A DNA stretch of 64,000 nucleotides from positions 682,001 to 746,000 of the forward strand of contig OX337233.1 in assembly GCA_946965045.2 (NCBI GenBank). Direction: 5' to 3'. Both the position numbers and the translations under genes were made by a program. Origin of the DNA: Epithemia pelagica (lineage: Eukaryota > Protista > Bacillariophyta). The notes beneath the pieces are model-generated. The model had not been told where the DNA came from, searched no databases, and saw nothing but the letters and a program-made list of their open reading frames with translations. Below are positions 1-10,272 of the stretch, one piece after another (positions within the stretch are counted from its first letter, which is position 1; every line of letters starts with the position of its first letter).

Positions 1-1
1 A

Positions 2-2674
2 ATTTGCCATGATATATGGCAAGGGCACAGGAAAGATATCCTGGGAATATGCATTTTCCTGGTCGACCCAAGGAACTGTGCAATGTACAGGATCCCTCTG
101 GGATTGTGTGAAGTAGCTGGGCATTCTGCGGCCGCTGTCGCAAAGCACACCCTGGATATACTCGGATCGGTTGGTTTCACACAACGGGATTTGTCTTCGT
201 CAGTGAACGATAATACGAATGCTGCTGTTTTAGCAGGAAAATATATCGTCGGTAATCAGACCGGCGGGAAATGTGACATGCACCGTGCTGAGTTGATCCT
301 GAAACACGGAACTGGTATTGCTGTGCGGCGCCGTGGTGGCTCAATTCAGGACGAGTTCCCTGACTTTGTCAAAGTCTACAAGGCCGCTCTCAAACTTGTG
401 GCATTGGTAATGAACAAGCGTACCAAAAAGTTCGAGGAAATTCGCCAATATGCAGCAAAGCACAACATGGTCGCAATCGAATTACCCATTCCAAATTCTA
501 CCCGTGTCAATGGTTGTGTGATCATGTTCCACGGTCTGTTGAGAATGAAGTTTGTTTTTGATTCTTACTACGCAAAGGAATCTCCTGACAATGAGTTTAA
601 GCGTGGTTATCTAACAAAGCAACAGTGGCAAGCAATTGCCGAATTTGAAGCAATACTGGCTCCTCTAAGGCATTGTGCCATGACTCTACAATCAGATGAC
701 CCATCATCATCTGCCGGTTCCTTGTTGGAGATTTTTGGATGCAAACATGGTATTGAATGCCATAAGAAAGAAGGTGTTCGAGTGCTTACTGTCAATCCAT
801 CGGATGACAACCTGGATTTCCAACGATGGGATGCAAAGCCAACCATAGAGAAGCTCAAGGGAAAGCGAAACAAGATCCAGTATGCAAATCTACTTGCCTC
901 TTCCAAAGTCTTAATCAATCGCCTACTAAGGGAGTTCCGAACATACATGATGGCCGGCGACGACGTCCATGCAGAGAATGCGATTTGCGGACACCCCTTC
1001 CTATGCGCAATGGCACCCAGTGTTCTACAGTCAATTTCTATTTACAACGCCAACGATGTTGAGAGGTTGAAGAAGAATTTTGTTACCGACATGGTGACAA
1101 AATTCTATGTTCCAAAGAGATCTGGGCAGCCAACAACCCAGTCTAACGTTGCAAGAGCGGTGGCAGAGGGTGAAAGCCATCCTGAATCAGAGTCAGATTC
1201 GGATGATGACAGTGTTGTTGGTATGTTTAGTATCTTTAAGAAGCATAACCAAACACAGGAGTTGGCTGCCACGGTACTGCAAACCTATCAAGCGGGACAG
1301 AATCCTACCCCTGCCCCTGCTACACCAGTCACTGACAAGGATAACTTGTACACCGAATGTGAGAAAGAATTCAACAGCTACAAAGACTTCTGCAATCGAA
1401 TGATTGCCAAGAATTGGGAGAAGTTGATCCGGGAATATCCAACGCCTTTGTTCTCAGAAGAAGAGCCCAAATGGACCCCAGCCGAGAAAAAGAAGTTCGT
1501 GAAAGCATGCAACTCAACCGAGTTCAATAGGGTGAGCAAGTATTTTGATGTTCTTAAATGGTGGTCCGTGAACAAGGGCAATTTCAGCAAAGTCTTCCCG
1601 AGTGCGGTAATCTGGTTGTCAAAGCCGTCCACAAATGCATTCCAGGAGAGGATTTTTTCTTCTTCTTCCTGGTTTGACAGCAACCGGCTAATGCGTCGTC
1701 AGAGCAAGAAGCACTTTGAGGTCCGAACAATGGAACTGGTCACGCGCAAGGTGAGAGAGGAAATCAAGAAAAATGAAGAACTATTAGAGGGGAACCAGTG
1801 GAATCCCATTACAGTCGATGACAATGAGAATGAGCAGGAAGAAGAACCCGCGTCGGTCCCCACTGATCAACAAACAAGTGCTGCTGCTGGGGCTGTGGAC
1901 AATGTAGCTCGTACCAATAATCAACAAACAAACAACGCTATTGCCATCGCTCCCATTGAGGAGGGTACTGCGGATGATGATGAGGTGGCAGTGGTGGAAG
2001 ATGATCGAGATTTAACAGATGGAACATTCAAGGGTGATATGAAACGACTTGAAAAACTGCTCAAGGGTGTTGAGACTATGGACAAGCATCATGAGTCAGG
2101 AACTGAAGGACTCGAGGGGGTCATAGGATGCGAGTATAAGTTCAAGTCAAGCGACACAGATATGGACAAAGAAGAGACTTACGATGAAGTGGAACTACTA
2201 GATCTCGTGGACAAGAATGATGTGGACCAAATGTCAGTCATGGGTAGATTGAAGAGAGACGATGACCCATTTGCTTGTGACGATGATTCCTGCATCATCG
2301 AAGAAATAGAAGAACAGCAGTTCTTCTTTAAGGCGACCATGAATGTCACAGATTCGTCATTGCCTGGAGCTTCGGGCCAGGTCACGACTATGTCCACAAC
2401 AGCTTCTAAGGGATCAAACTCGGGCCAGGACACAGGCAATCAATCTGTTAAAACTCCAGTAACAAAATCGTCCAAGAGAAAGGCAATCGGCAGTGGTACC
2501 AGGTCTGCAAGTTCCAAGAGTTCGAAACGGATGCGCCAGCAGTCCATTGGTACCATTACAACCAGTTCCGGTCCAAAGACGAAAGTATCTTCTAAAAAGG
2601 CACCTCCTGAACATCGAATGCAACAAGAGCAACAACAGGAACGACGAGTGAGTCCCCGGAAAAAGGACAAGTAA
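2..2674 (+). CDS. hAT-superfamily DDE transposase, N-terminus outside the window
   Basis: Frame is open from base 2: ICHDIWQG (first Asp), SVNDNTN (second Asp), CDMH (CxxH), NSTRVNG (TRWN-like), and dimerisation domain DVLKWW...PSTNAFQERIFS (catalytic Glu). Long acidic low-complexity C-terminal tail. Confidence 0.9.
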   Translation: MCHDIWQGHRKDILGICIFLVDPRNCAMYRIPLGLCEVAGHSAAAVAKHTLDILGSVGFTQRDLSSSVNDNTNAAVLAGKYIVGNQTGGKCDMHRAELILKHGTGIAVRRRGGSIQDEFPDFVKVYKAALKLVALVMNKRTKKFEEIRQYAAKHNMVAIELPIPNSTRVNGCVIMFHGLLRMKFVFDSYYAKESPDNEFKRGYLTKQQWQAIAEFEAILAPLRHCAMTLQSDDPSSSAGSLLEIFGCKHGIECHKKEGVRVLTVNPSDDNLDFQRWDAKPTIEKLKGKRNKIQYANLLASSKVLINRLLREFRTYMMAGDDVHAENAICGHPFLCAMAPSVLQSISIYNANDVERLKKNFVTDMVTKFYVPKRSGQPTTQSNVARAVAEGESHPESESDSDDDSVVGMFSIFKKHNQTQELAATVLQTYQAGQNPTPAPATPVTDKDNLYTECEKEFNSYKDFCNRMIAKNWEKLIREYPTPLFSEEEPKWTPAEKKKFVKACNSTEFNRVSKYFDVLKWWSVNKGNFSKVFPSAVIWLSKPSTNAFQERIFSSSSWFDSNRLMRRQSKKHFEVRTMELVTRKVREEIKKNEELLEGNQWNPITVDDNENEQEEEPASVPTDQQTSAAAGAVDNVARTNNQQTNNAIAIAPIEEGTADDDEVAVVEDDRDLTDGTFKGDMKRLEKLLKGVETMDKHHESGTEGLEGVIGCEYKFKSSDTDMDKEETYDEVELLDLVDKNDVDQMSVMGRLKRDDDPFACDDDSCIIEEIEEQQFFFKATMNVTDSSLPGASGQVTTMSTTASKGSNSGQDTGNQSVKTPVTKSSKRKAIGSGTRSASSKSSKRMRQQSIGTITTSSGPKTKVSSKKAPPEHRMQQEQQQERRVSPRKKDK

Positions 2675-2780
2675 AAGTCCAAGTAATTTCAGACATGCAT
2701 ACCCTAAAAATCCAACTCCATGACGAGGATTGATTAAAAGATAATGAAGTAGTGAGTAGTTCCATGAAGCAATTCTATTA

Positions 2781-4649
2781 TTATATGCTGTAGGACCTAT
2801 ATATACGAATGAAGTTGTTGTATAGGTTGTAGATTTGTTTTTTGTTCGGTAGACGGCGGTCCTTATCAAGGCGTCTGACGGTGAAATCCATATGAGCGTC
2901 AGTGCATTTCCATCTAGTAGCTGGATTTTGTAACAATTGGCCAAAGGAACCGAACATTGGATTGATGGATTGCCATTCGTCTTTCGGTAGCCAAGATTCC
3001 AGGATGCAAGAGCCGAGATCAGGGTCGCTTATCGTTTTTGGGATCCAACCAAGGGCAATGGAACATCTCAGCACATGGACATCTGTTGGTATGCCATCAT
3101 TGCGGTCAAAGGCAAAATCTAACGCGATGGTCGCTGTCTTGTACCCAATTCCATGAATTGTCACCAATTCATCCACGGTGATTGTAGAGGGGATAATCCC
3201 ATTGTGATTTTGTAAAAAGTAATCCGCTGCATTGACAATGTTCTCTGCATTCTGGAAATACCGACCAGATTCAGATAGCAGTGAGCAAAGCATATCCATT
3301 CCAAAGTTTTGGGCGATTTCAATGGTGGCCTTGCTGGAAACAAAACCAGATTGAAAAATCCGAGGAACCAAAGTAGCCAGTTGCCTGTCGCTAGTGCTGG
3401 AGCTCATCAATATCACTACAAGGCACATGAAGGCACGGTCACAGTCTGCTGTTAGGTTGTCATCAATCCAACACCTCCAACTGTCCCGTGGAGATGATAA
3501 TCCACAACTCAAGAAGTAGACATGTAAGGACTGCAAGTACCGAAGGTCCTCTGTCCATTTTTCAATTTCAACTGGCGTGTGAGAGGGTATTTTGGATTTG
3601 TTGTATCTCGGCATTCCTCCAGCCTTTGTCTTGGGTTTTTCGCCAGGCATATGCCTACCAGTGTTAAGATAACTAGTGGCCTGTCGAGCCTTTGAAGATT
3701 GTTGTATTAACGCTGCAGTGTGGGCATGTTGTCCACGTGTACAAATCCGGGGAGGAAAGTTTGGAGATTTTGGTGTTGAAGGGGGGTTGCATAGAACAGA
3801 TTTGTCGGAGTTGTCGGCATCTGCTTGGGTGGGTGGGGAAGGGGAAGTGACAATAGTGTCATCCATAGCATTTGCTTGGTCATTGTTCGCACAGTCAGGT
3901 TGATTTTCACAGGTATGGTCATTATCCTCCAGGGTGGGATGCATTTCACGGGCAACTTGTTGCAGGAGATATGATAGAGAGGGGGGATAAATAGGTTGTC
4001 CTTCAAGCATTTTGTTGTGTACCGAAATGGATGCATCCTCGCGAATCAGCCAGACAAGGAGAGCATCTGAAACATCTGATTCGGTAATTTCACTCTGATT
4101 GTTATGTGACAGATGATCCTCTACAAAAGAATGAGCGGCATCGTATGAATGGTCTTGATTTATAAGAAACGTAGGAGAACAAGAGCATAGAAGGGAAAGA
4201 TAGGGAAGATCATCCTGTGGGGGAGAGACGTGATATCGTCGGGATATGTTGGTTGAGTTTGCTTGTGGAGAGTTGAGATTGGGCAATACACTGTGGTCAA
4301 CCAGTAGCGACATAAGATGCAGGAAATGTCCCATGGAAATGGTTTGTTTGACTGCACATGTATGACTGGAAAGTTTGTTGAGAGGACCGGTGGAGTATCG
4401 GACATCTGCGTCTTCTCGAATCATCCATACAAGAATTGTGTCCTTTATGGCTTCGATTCTTGATTCAAAGGACTCCGAATCTGGTATAGAAATCTCTTGA
4501 GTGATAAATTCAAAAAAGGAAAAGGGAGCGTGTGTCAATGCAACAATTGGTTGACAGGTAACTTCAAGAGAGATGGTTTCTTTGTCCATTCTTCCCAACT
4601 CTTCGGCATGATGGTTGCTTCTGTTTTTTGGTGTGTAGCCTGCAGCCAT
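2781..4649 (-). CDS. Endonuclease III (Nth)-like HhH-GPD DNA glycosylase/AP lyase with a long N-terminal extension
   Basis: C-terminal domain FMCLVVILMSSSTSD...GIIP...ELVTIHGIGYKTATIAL...GIPTDVHVLRCSIALGW...LESWLPKDEWQSINPMFGSFGQ. HhH Lys and catalytic Asp are both present. No C-terminal 4Fe-4S Cys motif. Confidence 0.88.
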   Translation of the reverse strand: MAAGYTPKNRSNHHAEELGRMDKETISLEVTCQPIVALTHAPFSFFEFITQEISIPDSESFESRIEAIKDTILVWMIREDADVRYSTGPLNKLSSHTCAVKQTISMGHFLHLMSLLVDHSVLPNLNSPQANSTNISRRYHVSPPQDDLPYLSLLCSCSPTFLINQDHSYDAAHSFVEDHLSHNNQSEITESDVSDALLVWLIREDASISVHNKMLEGQPIYPPSLSYLLQQVAREMHPTLEDNDHTCENQPDCANNDQANAMDDTIVTSPSPPTQADADNSDKSVLCNPPSTPKSPNFPPRICTRGQHAHTAALIQQSSKARQATSYLNTGRHMPGEKPKTKAGGMPRYNKSKIPSHTPVEIEKWTEDLRYLQSLHVYFLSCGLSSPRDSWRCWIDDNLTADCDRAFMCLVVILMSSSTSDRQLATLVPRIFQSGFVSSKATIEIAQNFGMDMLCSLLSESGRYFQNAENIVNAADYFLQNHNGIIPSTITVDELVTIHGIGYKTATIALDFAFDRNDGIPTDVHVLRCSIALGWIPKTISDPDLGSCILESWLPKDEWQSINPMFGSFGQLLQNPATRWKCTDAHMDFTVRRLDKDRRLPNKKQIYNLYNNFIRIYRSYSI

Positions 4650-4796
4650 TGCACTTTTGGGTGTCGTAATCAAATACACTTTCTTGAAGGAATTATATTC
4701 TTAAATACAGAATGATATCACACAAGCAGGGGTGTGTGGGAGATGAGGAGTGGGCGATGGGTCGATACATGTATCGTAAGGAACGCTTAATTTCGT

Positions 4797-5205
4797 TCAT
4801 TATTCGGGAATTGAAATGAAATTGAAGAGGGAATTGAGAATTCCATTGCAGGATAAACGGGAATTGAGCATTTCCATTCAATTTCCATATGGTGAGATTT
4901 GGGAATTGAGAATTCAATTCCATTCCGTGTGTATGTAGATCCGAAATTGATGATTCAATTTCATTCCTAAGATTCCATGGGAGGACTTGACCATTTCAAT
5001 TCAATTTGAAATAATATTGTCGGTGAAATTTAATATTCTAATTCAATTGAATGGAAGTGCTATTCTGGAATTTTGTATTCTATTTTATTCGCATGCTTTG
5101 GAGAGAGAAATTATGAATTCAAATTTCATTGCACAGTTTCCACGATTAGGAATTAATTATTTTAATTTCAATTCAAATACTTCATTTTGGAAATTCCAAA
5201 CCCTG
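4797..5205. repeat. hAT subterminal repeats and right terminal inverted repeat
   Basis: GGGAATTGA at about 4806, 4829, 4859 and 4901, plus many AATTC/GAATT variants in both orientations; terminal AAACCCTG at 5198-5205. Confidence 0.65.
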
Positions 5206-5741
5206 CTCCGCTTCAAGCGGATAGAATAGGAGGTATTAGTAGTCATAAGATGGAGTTTGGACGGTTGATTGCTGATCGACGACAAAAGGTTGTTGTTAAG
5301 CCAAAGATCATAGGCGAGCTGAAACTAGTTTTAGAATTACAGAAATACCTAGCGGATATGCAAAGATACCCCATTTCCTGGTCGCCTTTGCAACCCAAGC
5401 CCACAATAGAATTCTCAGTCTCCGATCTTTGTAATTCAACCACTGTACGTGGGGGTCCCATAACCCAGAAGAAGGGTCAATGGGTTATTCATGCGTCTTT
5501 TTTTGGACGGAGGGAGTACATGGGATGGTTCTCCGTCCGGTGAGAAGTCCCTTGGGAAGTCCCTTGGCAAGAGCAACAAAGAAGTTTGCCTTTGTACCAT
5601 CCCTCCATTCTTTCTTGTGAAGTGCATTGAAAGAGGACAGGAGAGACAAAATCAGAACACCCTGGATAGAAACAAGACTTTGATCATTGGTGCCTTTTCC
5701 AGGTCGTGATTGAAGAAAAGAGAGAGAGGTTTTATACTAAC

Positions 5742-6806
5742 TCATTCAATGTCCAGCTGCTCATCGTATAATTCCCACTTTTTTGTCGTATCTGCGTATT
5801 TCCAATTAACACACTCTTCAAATATCTCCTTGTTTCGCACATGAACTGTAACTTCCCAATTCTTGTTGTCAACTTGAATCCCTCCCTCTGGGCACTGATA
5901 GTTTTGGGCTAAAGCTTCGTCCTTGAACTCAATTCCCAGTGTGACTGCATACCGGTTGTCATTGTCTGCTTGTCTGCGCGCTGAGGACGATTTGAAACTT
6001 AGTCGAAGCAAAGGGATTTTTTCATCGGTGTTGAGACCGTCCAACATTTGATGGAATGGCCAAGAAGCTGCGATCATGTTGTTTTCGTCGTTTTGGTACG
6101 CTTTGTTCTTTGCTTTGTCGTGAAGATGACATTTGTAGTGTTTCAAACCAAGTTGCCGGATGTCGACCGATTGATACATAACAAGAGGCGAGTTGTCCTC
6201 AACCGCCTCCGTGATTGGGACAGATATGCGATAAGATCTCAGCATGTTGAGATCACCACATGGAGACTCTGACGCGCTGGGGTCGTAGTCCAGCAGAGTG
6301 AACCGTTGAAAATCACGGGGCAAAACAACCTCCAGGGGCTCTTTTGGGGCAACGTTGACACCAGCAAGATTCACCAGCTCCTTGTGCATTTCCCAGGAGT
6401 TCAATTCGTTTTGAAAATCGCACGCCTTGTCGTAGCTTCTAAAATAGGCCTTGATTGTCAGATCGTTGTTCGAGTAAGTCACGCTAACACCATGACCCTC
6501 CGCTTCGGAGTAGCCTCCATGGTGACGCTCCAGCAACTTGTAAATGTTCCCTCTGGCACCCGCACAGGACAAGGCTCCAAAGACGGAGGCTCTGACCTCG
6601 TATCCAACAGCCGCAACCTTCTTTTTAATGAACCTGTACCTGCCTTTAGGAATAATTTTATCCTGCGCAAAAACGACGGAATTGTCTTCTAAGTTTCGCA
6701 GATACCCAGGACCGTAGAATTGAATAATATCCGACAGCTTTTCGCCATGCTCGAAGTTCACGGCATCACCGTCTTCAAATTGAACACTGGCTTGAGTGTT
6801 TCCCAT
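5742..6806 (-). CDS. Crinkler-like protein (small header domain plus HNH-like nuclease); may also be an independent gene starting at 6806
   Basis: The header ending IIPKGRYRF resembles the header of the CR gene at 58694 (LIPGGSYRL). C-terminal HNH-like motif. Abrupt composition change from the upstream low-complexity sequence. Confidence 0.55.
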   Translation of the reverse strand: MGNTQASVQFEDGDAVNFEHGEKLSDIIQFYGPGYLRNLEDNSVVFAQDKIIPKGRYRFIKKKVAAVGYEVRASVFGALSCAGARGNIYKLLERHHGGYSEAEGHGVSVTYSNNDLTIKAYFRSYDKACDFQNELNSWEMHKELVNLAGVNVAPKEPLEVVLPRDFQRFTLLDYDPSASESPCGDLNMLRSYRISVPITEAVEDNSPLVMYQSVDIRQLGLKHYKCHLHDKAKNKAYQNDENNMIAASWPFHQMLDGLNTDEKIPLLRLSFKSSSARRQADNDNRYAVTLGIEFKDEALAQNYQCPEGGIQVDNKNWEVTVHVRNKEIFEECVNWKYADTTKKWELYDEQLDIE

Positions 6807-8021
6807 ACGATTGCCCAAGACAATGCCCTTGTTGGAAATTTGCGTCCTCAAGTCTTCACTAAAGTGCGAATGAAAGGGCGGTTCTCGCGGTGTACTGCTG
6901 TTGTTACTTGTGGCTCCTCCTTCGCCGGCGGTCCCTTCACCTTCGGCACTACTATTGGTTCGTCGATTGCCTCCATTGGTGCGTCGATTGTTGTTGCCGC
7001 CGCCGGGTCCACCGCGCGACGAACGACCCCGTCCTCGTCCCCCATTCTTGGCATCTGTTGGGGCACTGCCTCCTTCGGGTTCGGCGGCCGCCGCAGCCGC
7101 ATCGTCAGCGGCATCACCCTCGCCCGACGTTGGTCGATTGCGTCGAGGTTGACGAGGCGGCGGCACAATGGGACTTCCATCCCGATTGGTCACATTGACC
7201 GCCTTGAGACGACCGGAATCGGCTTCTTTTTCCACATCAAATTTCACTTCGGAATCGTCCTGGAAACAATGAGCGAACGAACCAAACAAACAACACAGAG
7301 GTGAGTACTTCTAGCCTGGAGAAAGCACAGTGTTGCTGTTGCTGTTTCATGGGGCATCACAGAACGACACAATCCACGAACGACGCCACACAATTTACAA
7401 TCGAGCCATGGTCAACACGAAACCAAGCAGGCCGTTGCATCGAGCACAATTTAACGGTACTGCTTCCAGAAACCAAAGAAATTGTAGTTTCTTGGTCGCT
7501 TCCAACTTGATAGGCAGATATATTTCTTCCTTATTCCATTACGAAGATTTCTTTTTTTCTCCTTTCCCCATTGCTTCATTCATCCCCACACAAGAGCAAT
7601 TTGGCAGGTCTTGATTTGTCGCTTGTCGTCGAAACGATTTGGAAGGTATAAACACCATGTTCCTTGGTATCTTTCCTTGATTCGTTCTTGACAAATTATA
7701 CAGTCTCTTGCCTTGGCCGACGAAATGCGTTCCGGAATGGTTCTCACGCTCCCAGGGCCCACCGCAACACACTCACAGACATTTACTTCTCTCATGCGCG
7801 CGAGACAAACACACACACGCATGACGACACGTATTATGACTCACCGCCAAGGTTCGAAATTGTCCATTGGTGACAATGCCCGTTTGATGGACAAAAATTT
7901 CTTCCGTCAAGGTCGAATTCATGGGTGTCAAGAATCCAAAGCCTTTGCGATTGGAAAACCACTTGACCGTCCCTTCGACACTGGTCATGTGAATCGTATT
8001 AGTATTGTTGGAATCGGTCAT
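5742..8021 (-). CDS. Spliced cold-shock-domain protein (exons 8021-7845 and 7259-5742) running in frame into a CR-like HNH protein, about 564 aa
   Basis: Exon 1 has GTVKWFSNRKGFGFL and IFVHQTGI (RNP1/RNP2). A phase-0 GTGAGT...TTTCCAG intron joins it to DDSEVKFDVEKEADSGRLKAVNVT. An RGG/Gly-rich region follows, then no stop before MGNTQ... and an HNH-like CHLH...NNMIAAS..FHQMLDG motif. Confidence 0.8.
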
Positions 8022-8600
8022 GATTGCAAAAACTGACTAAAAATGACTACCAACCAAAACTCCAAAACAATGTAGATTGAGGAACAAGGGTGCCGGTAGA
8101 GACGAGACTGGAGCAAACAAGGGCACAAAAGTAAGACAACAGGAACCAGAGAGAGGAACCAAAACTTGTGTTGGCAGCAGCAGCAACAACAACAGCAACC
8201 ACTAACGACTCACTTGAAAGAACGCCACCAGAAGAAAAAATAGATCTTTTGTCGAAGAAAAGGTGTGCGGGGAAACAAGATGCTGCCACCACACCACGCC
8301 GTGTTGTGCTGCGTGGGCGTTTGTGTGTGTTCGGGTTTGCTCAATGGTTGGATGAGAGCGTGACAAGCAGTCCCGGTTCTGGCCCCGAACTCCACAGAGG
8401 ATGACCGATCTGCGACCATTCATGGGTTTCCCCGGAACGAACGTCCGCTACCCCTTCCTACCGACATGCAGAGGCATAGGTATCGTTCCATTTGCCGTGT
8501 GAGACCGCAATCTCTGTGTCATCCACCCAATATTATGGAATGAACAACGCCGTTCTAACTGGGGCTCTATGAGTATTATGTACAAATGTCTATGGAACGA

Positions 8601-9413
8601 TTAGGAACTGTCGGGCACAGTCGTGGTGGTTGGTGGATCGGTTGTTCCAAAAAAGTCTTGTTTCCACGCCGCTGGATTGCGCGACTGCCATTGCCGACAG
8701 ACATGGCGTCGCACCGTTTTGCTGGCGGTCGTTTCGACCAATCGTCCATAGCGTTGGTCGGGCGACAAGCGCAATTCTTGTAGGGATCGACGATGACGAT
8801 GACGTTCATACTCGTGCACTGCGACGCAGGGGCCCTGACAATAGGTCCAGCCCAAACTCAAACAATACCCGCCCACCAAACAAGCCGGTGCATCACCCAC
8901 CACGACCGGATAGGACCGAATTTGCAAGGTGGAAAAGGAAACCTGACGATTCGTATTCGTACTGCGATTGGACGTGGAAGCCAGGCAACTGCGACGACGA
9001 CCACACGTCGAATCGGGAACCAAGCCGTCCGGTATTCTGTGTGGTTCCCCAGCTGGAGCAGCAGCAACCGTGGATTCGGAGCAAGGCGCAACGGGTGTCG
9101 TTACCGTCCCACCAGAGGCAGAATCTTGTGGTGGTGGTTCTTGTGGTTGTTCCTGGCCCTCCCTTTGCGTGGATCCAAGAGAAGCATGCTGCGCCTCCGA
9201 CTCGGATTCCGTGGTTGGGTCCATTTCGGGCTCGTCGTCCACGAATTGGCTCGTGCCAACTTCCTCACTGTGTTCCACCATTACCGGACAGGGAGGATCT
9301 GAAGAGGGAATCTTTTTCTCCTTCTGGAAGTCCTTTTGGTCACGGCTGCTAGTGTTGCTGGTGGTTCGTACCAAACACCGATGGACCAGCATGCTTCCTC
9401 GACGACGTCCCAT
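8601..9413 (-). CDS. Hypothetical protein with an RVxF-like motif and a GDxPxC...LSLGW motif (family I associate with diatoms)
   Basis: RQVSFSTLQIRSYPVVVGDAPAC...LSLGWTY; paralogous motif at 26709-27302. Start codon uncertain. Confidence 0.6.
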   Translation of the reverse strand: MGRRRGSMLVHRCLVRTTSNTSSRDQKDFQKEKKIPSSDPPCPVMVEHSEEVGTSQFVDDEPEMDPTTESESEAQHASLGSTQREGQEQPQEPPPQDSASGGTVTTPVAPCSESTVAAAPAGEPHRIPDGLVPDSTCGRRRSCLASTSNRSTNTNRQVSFSTLQIRSYPVVVGDAPACLVGGYCLSLGWTYCQGPCVAVHEYERHRHRRSLQELRLSPDQRYGRLVETTASKTVRRHVCRQWQSRNPAAWKQDFFGTTDPPTTTTVPDSS

Positions 9414-10116
9414 GATTCCGACAATTCCGAGTGATGAAATATTCGTATATCGTCGTGTGACCTGGCGTGCATGGGCTTGTTGTTGTTGTTGTTGTTTGTG
9501 GGACGACGGACGCACAAACCAAACGGCAAGGAACCACAACCAACCACAACCACAACCAACCCAAACCAACCAACCAACAAGGAAACGACCCAACCAAACA
9601 AGGAAACCACCAAGCTCAAACAAACAGCCAAGGATGGGAAGCCCGCTTTGTGTGGTTGATCGTTGTGTCTTTGGATGGGTGTCGCTCTTCCAAGGACACA
9701 CACGAAACGCAAAAGTTGGCGTTGAGGAGGTTTGCGCCTTGTGTTCCAAAATGACCACACAACGAACAAAACGAATGGAAGGAAGGAAGGATGGATAGTT
9801 TTGGATGCGTCGTCAGTCCTCGCTGGTGGCACGCCGAGCTGCTCTAAGTGGAAGGAGTATTCCACATACAACTAGAGACCAGACGAATTTGGCCGGCGCT
9901 CTCCTCGTCCGTTGAAGCCGGACCGTATTCGATTCTCTAAGTATTTGTGAATATGGATCTACAAAATAGATTCGACGGACGAGGAGCGTCCGTTGCATCC
10001 GGGATCAAAGATCAAACCTACTCTTGTATTGTAGGTAGCAGCAACTGCTGCCGGCGGAACACAACGAACCAGAATGGAACTGCAAAAAGTGTCAATGGTC
10101 ATTCTCCCAGCGGCCA

Positions 10117-10194
10117 CGACGTGCTTCCGAGTGTTAAACGCGAACAACTTGGTCGCGGAAGCGCGCACGTCGGTCGACTCAATGTTCCAGTCCA
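10117..10194 (+). promoter_or_regulatory. Conserved ~77-bp palindromic module upstream of a gene (copy 1)
   Basis: Near-identical to 13020-13095. Internal inverted repeats GACGTGC/GCACGTC, GCTTCCG/CGGAAGC and CGCGA/TCGCG. Confidence 0.45.
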
Positions 10195-10272
10195 GCGCGG
10201 GACCCATAGCTGCTCCAACTCCAAAGGACACTTGCAAGCCATACAACAGCACCCAAACCCCAAACAACCACC

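Larger units (their letters stand above)
1..5205 (+). mobile_element. Right part of a hAT DNA transposon containing the transposase and an Nth-like gene
   Basis: Transposase ORF, then AT-rich subterminal DNA with repeated GGGAATTGA motifs, ending at ...GGAAATTCCAAACCCTG (5205). On the minus strand this reads CAGGGTTTGG, matching the CAG(G) start typical of hAT TIRs. Base composition changes abruptly after 5205. The left TIR and TSD are outside the window. Confidence 0.7.

Noticed and set aside
5187-5740. Short ORF remnants right of the hAT end (MEFGRLIADRRQK...)
   Set aside because: Coding-like but interrupted by stops, with no motif I can assign.
8630-9798. Long plus-strand ORFs (240 and 276 aa)
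   Set aside because: Antisense shadows of the minus-strand gene and low-complexity (GTT/ACC)n DNA.
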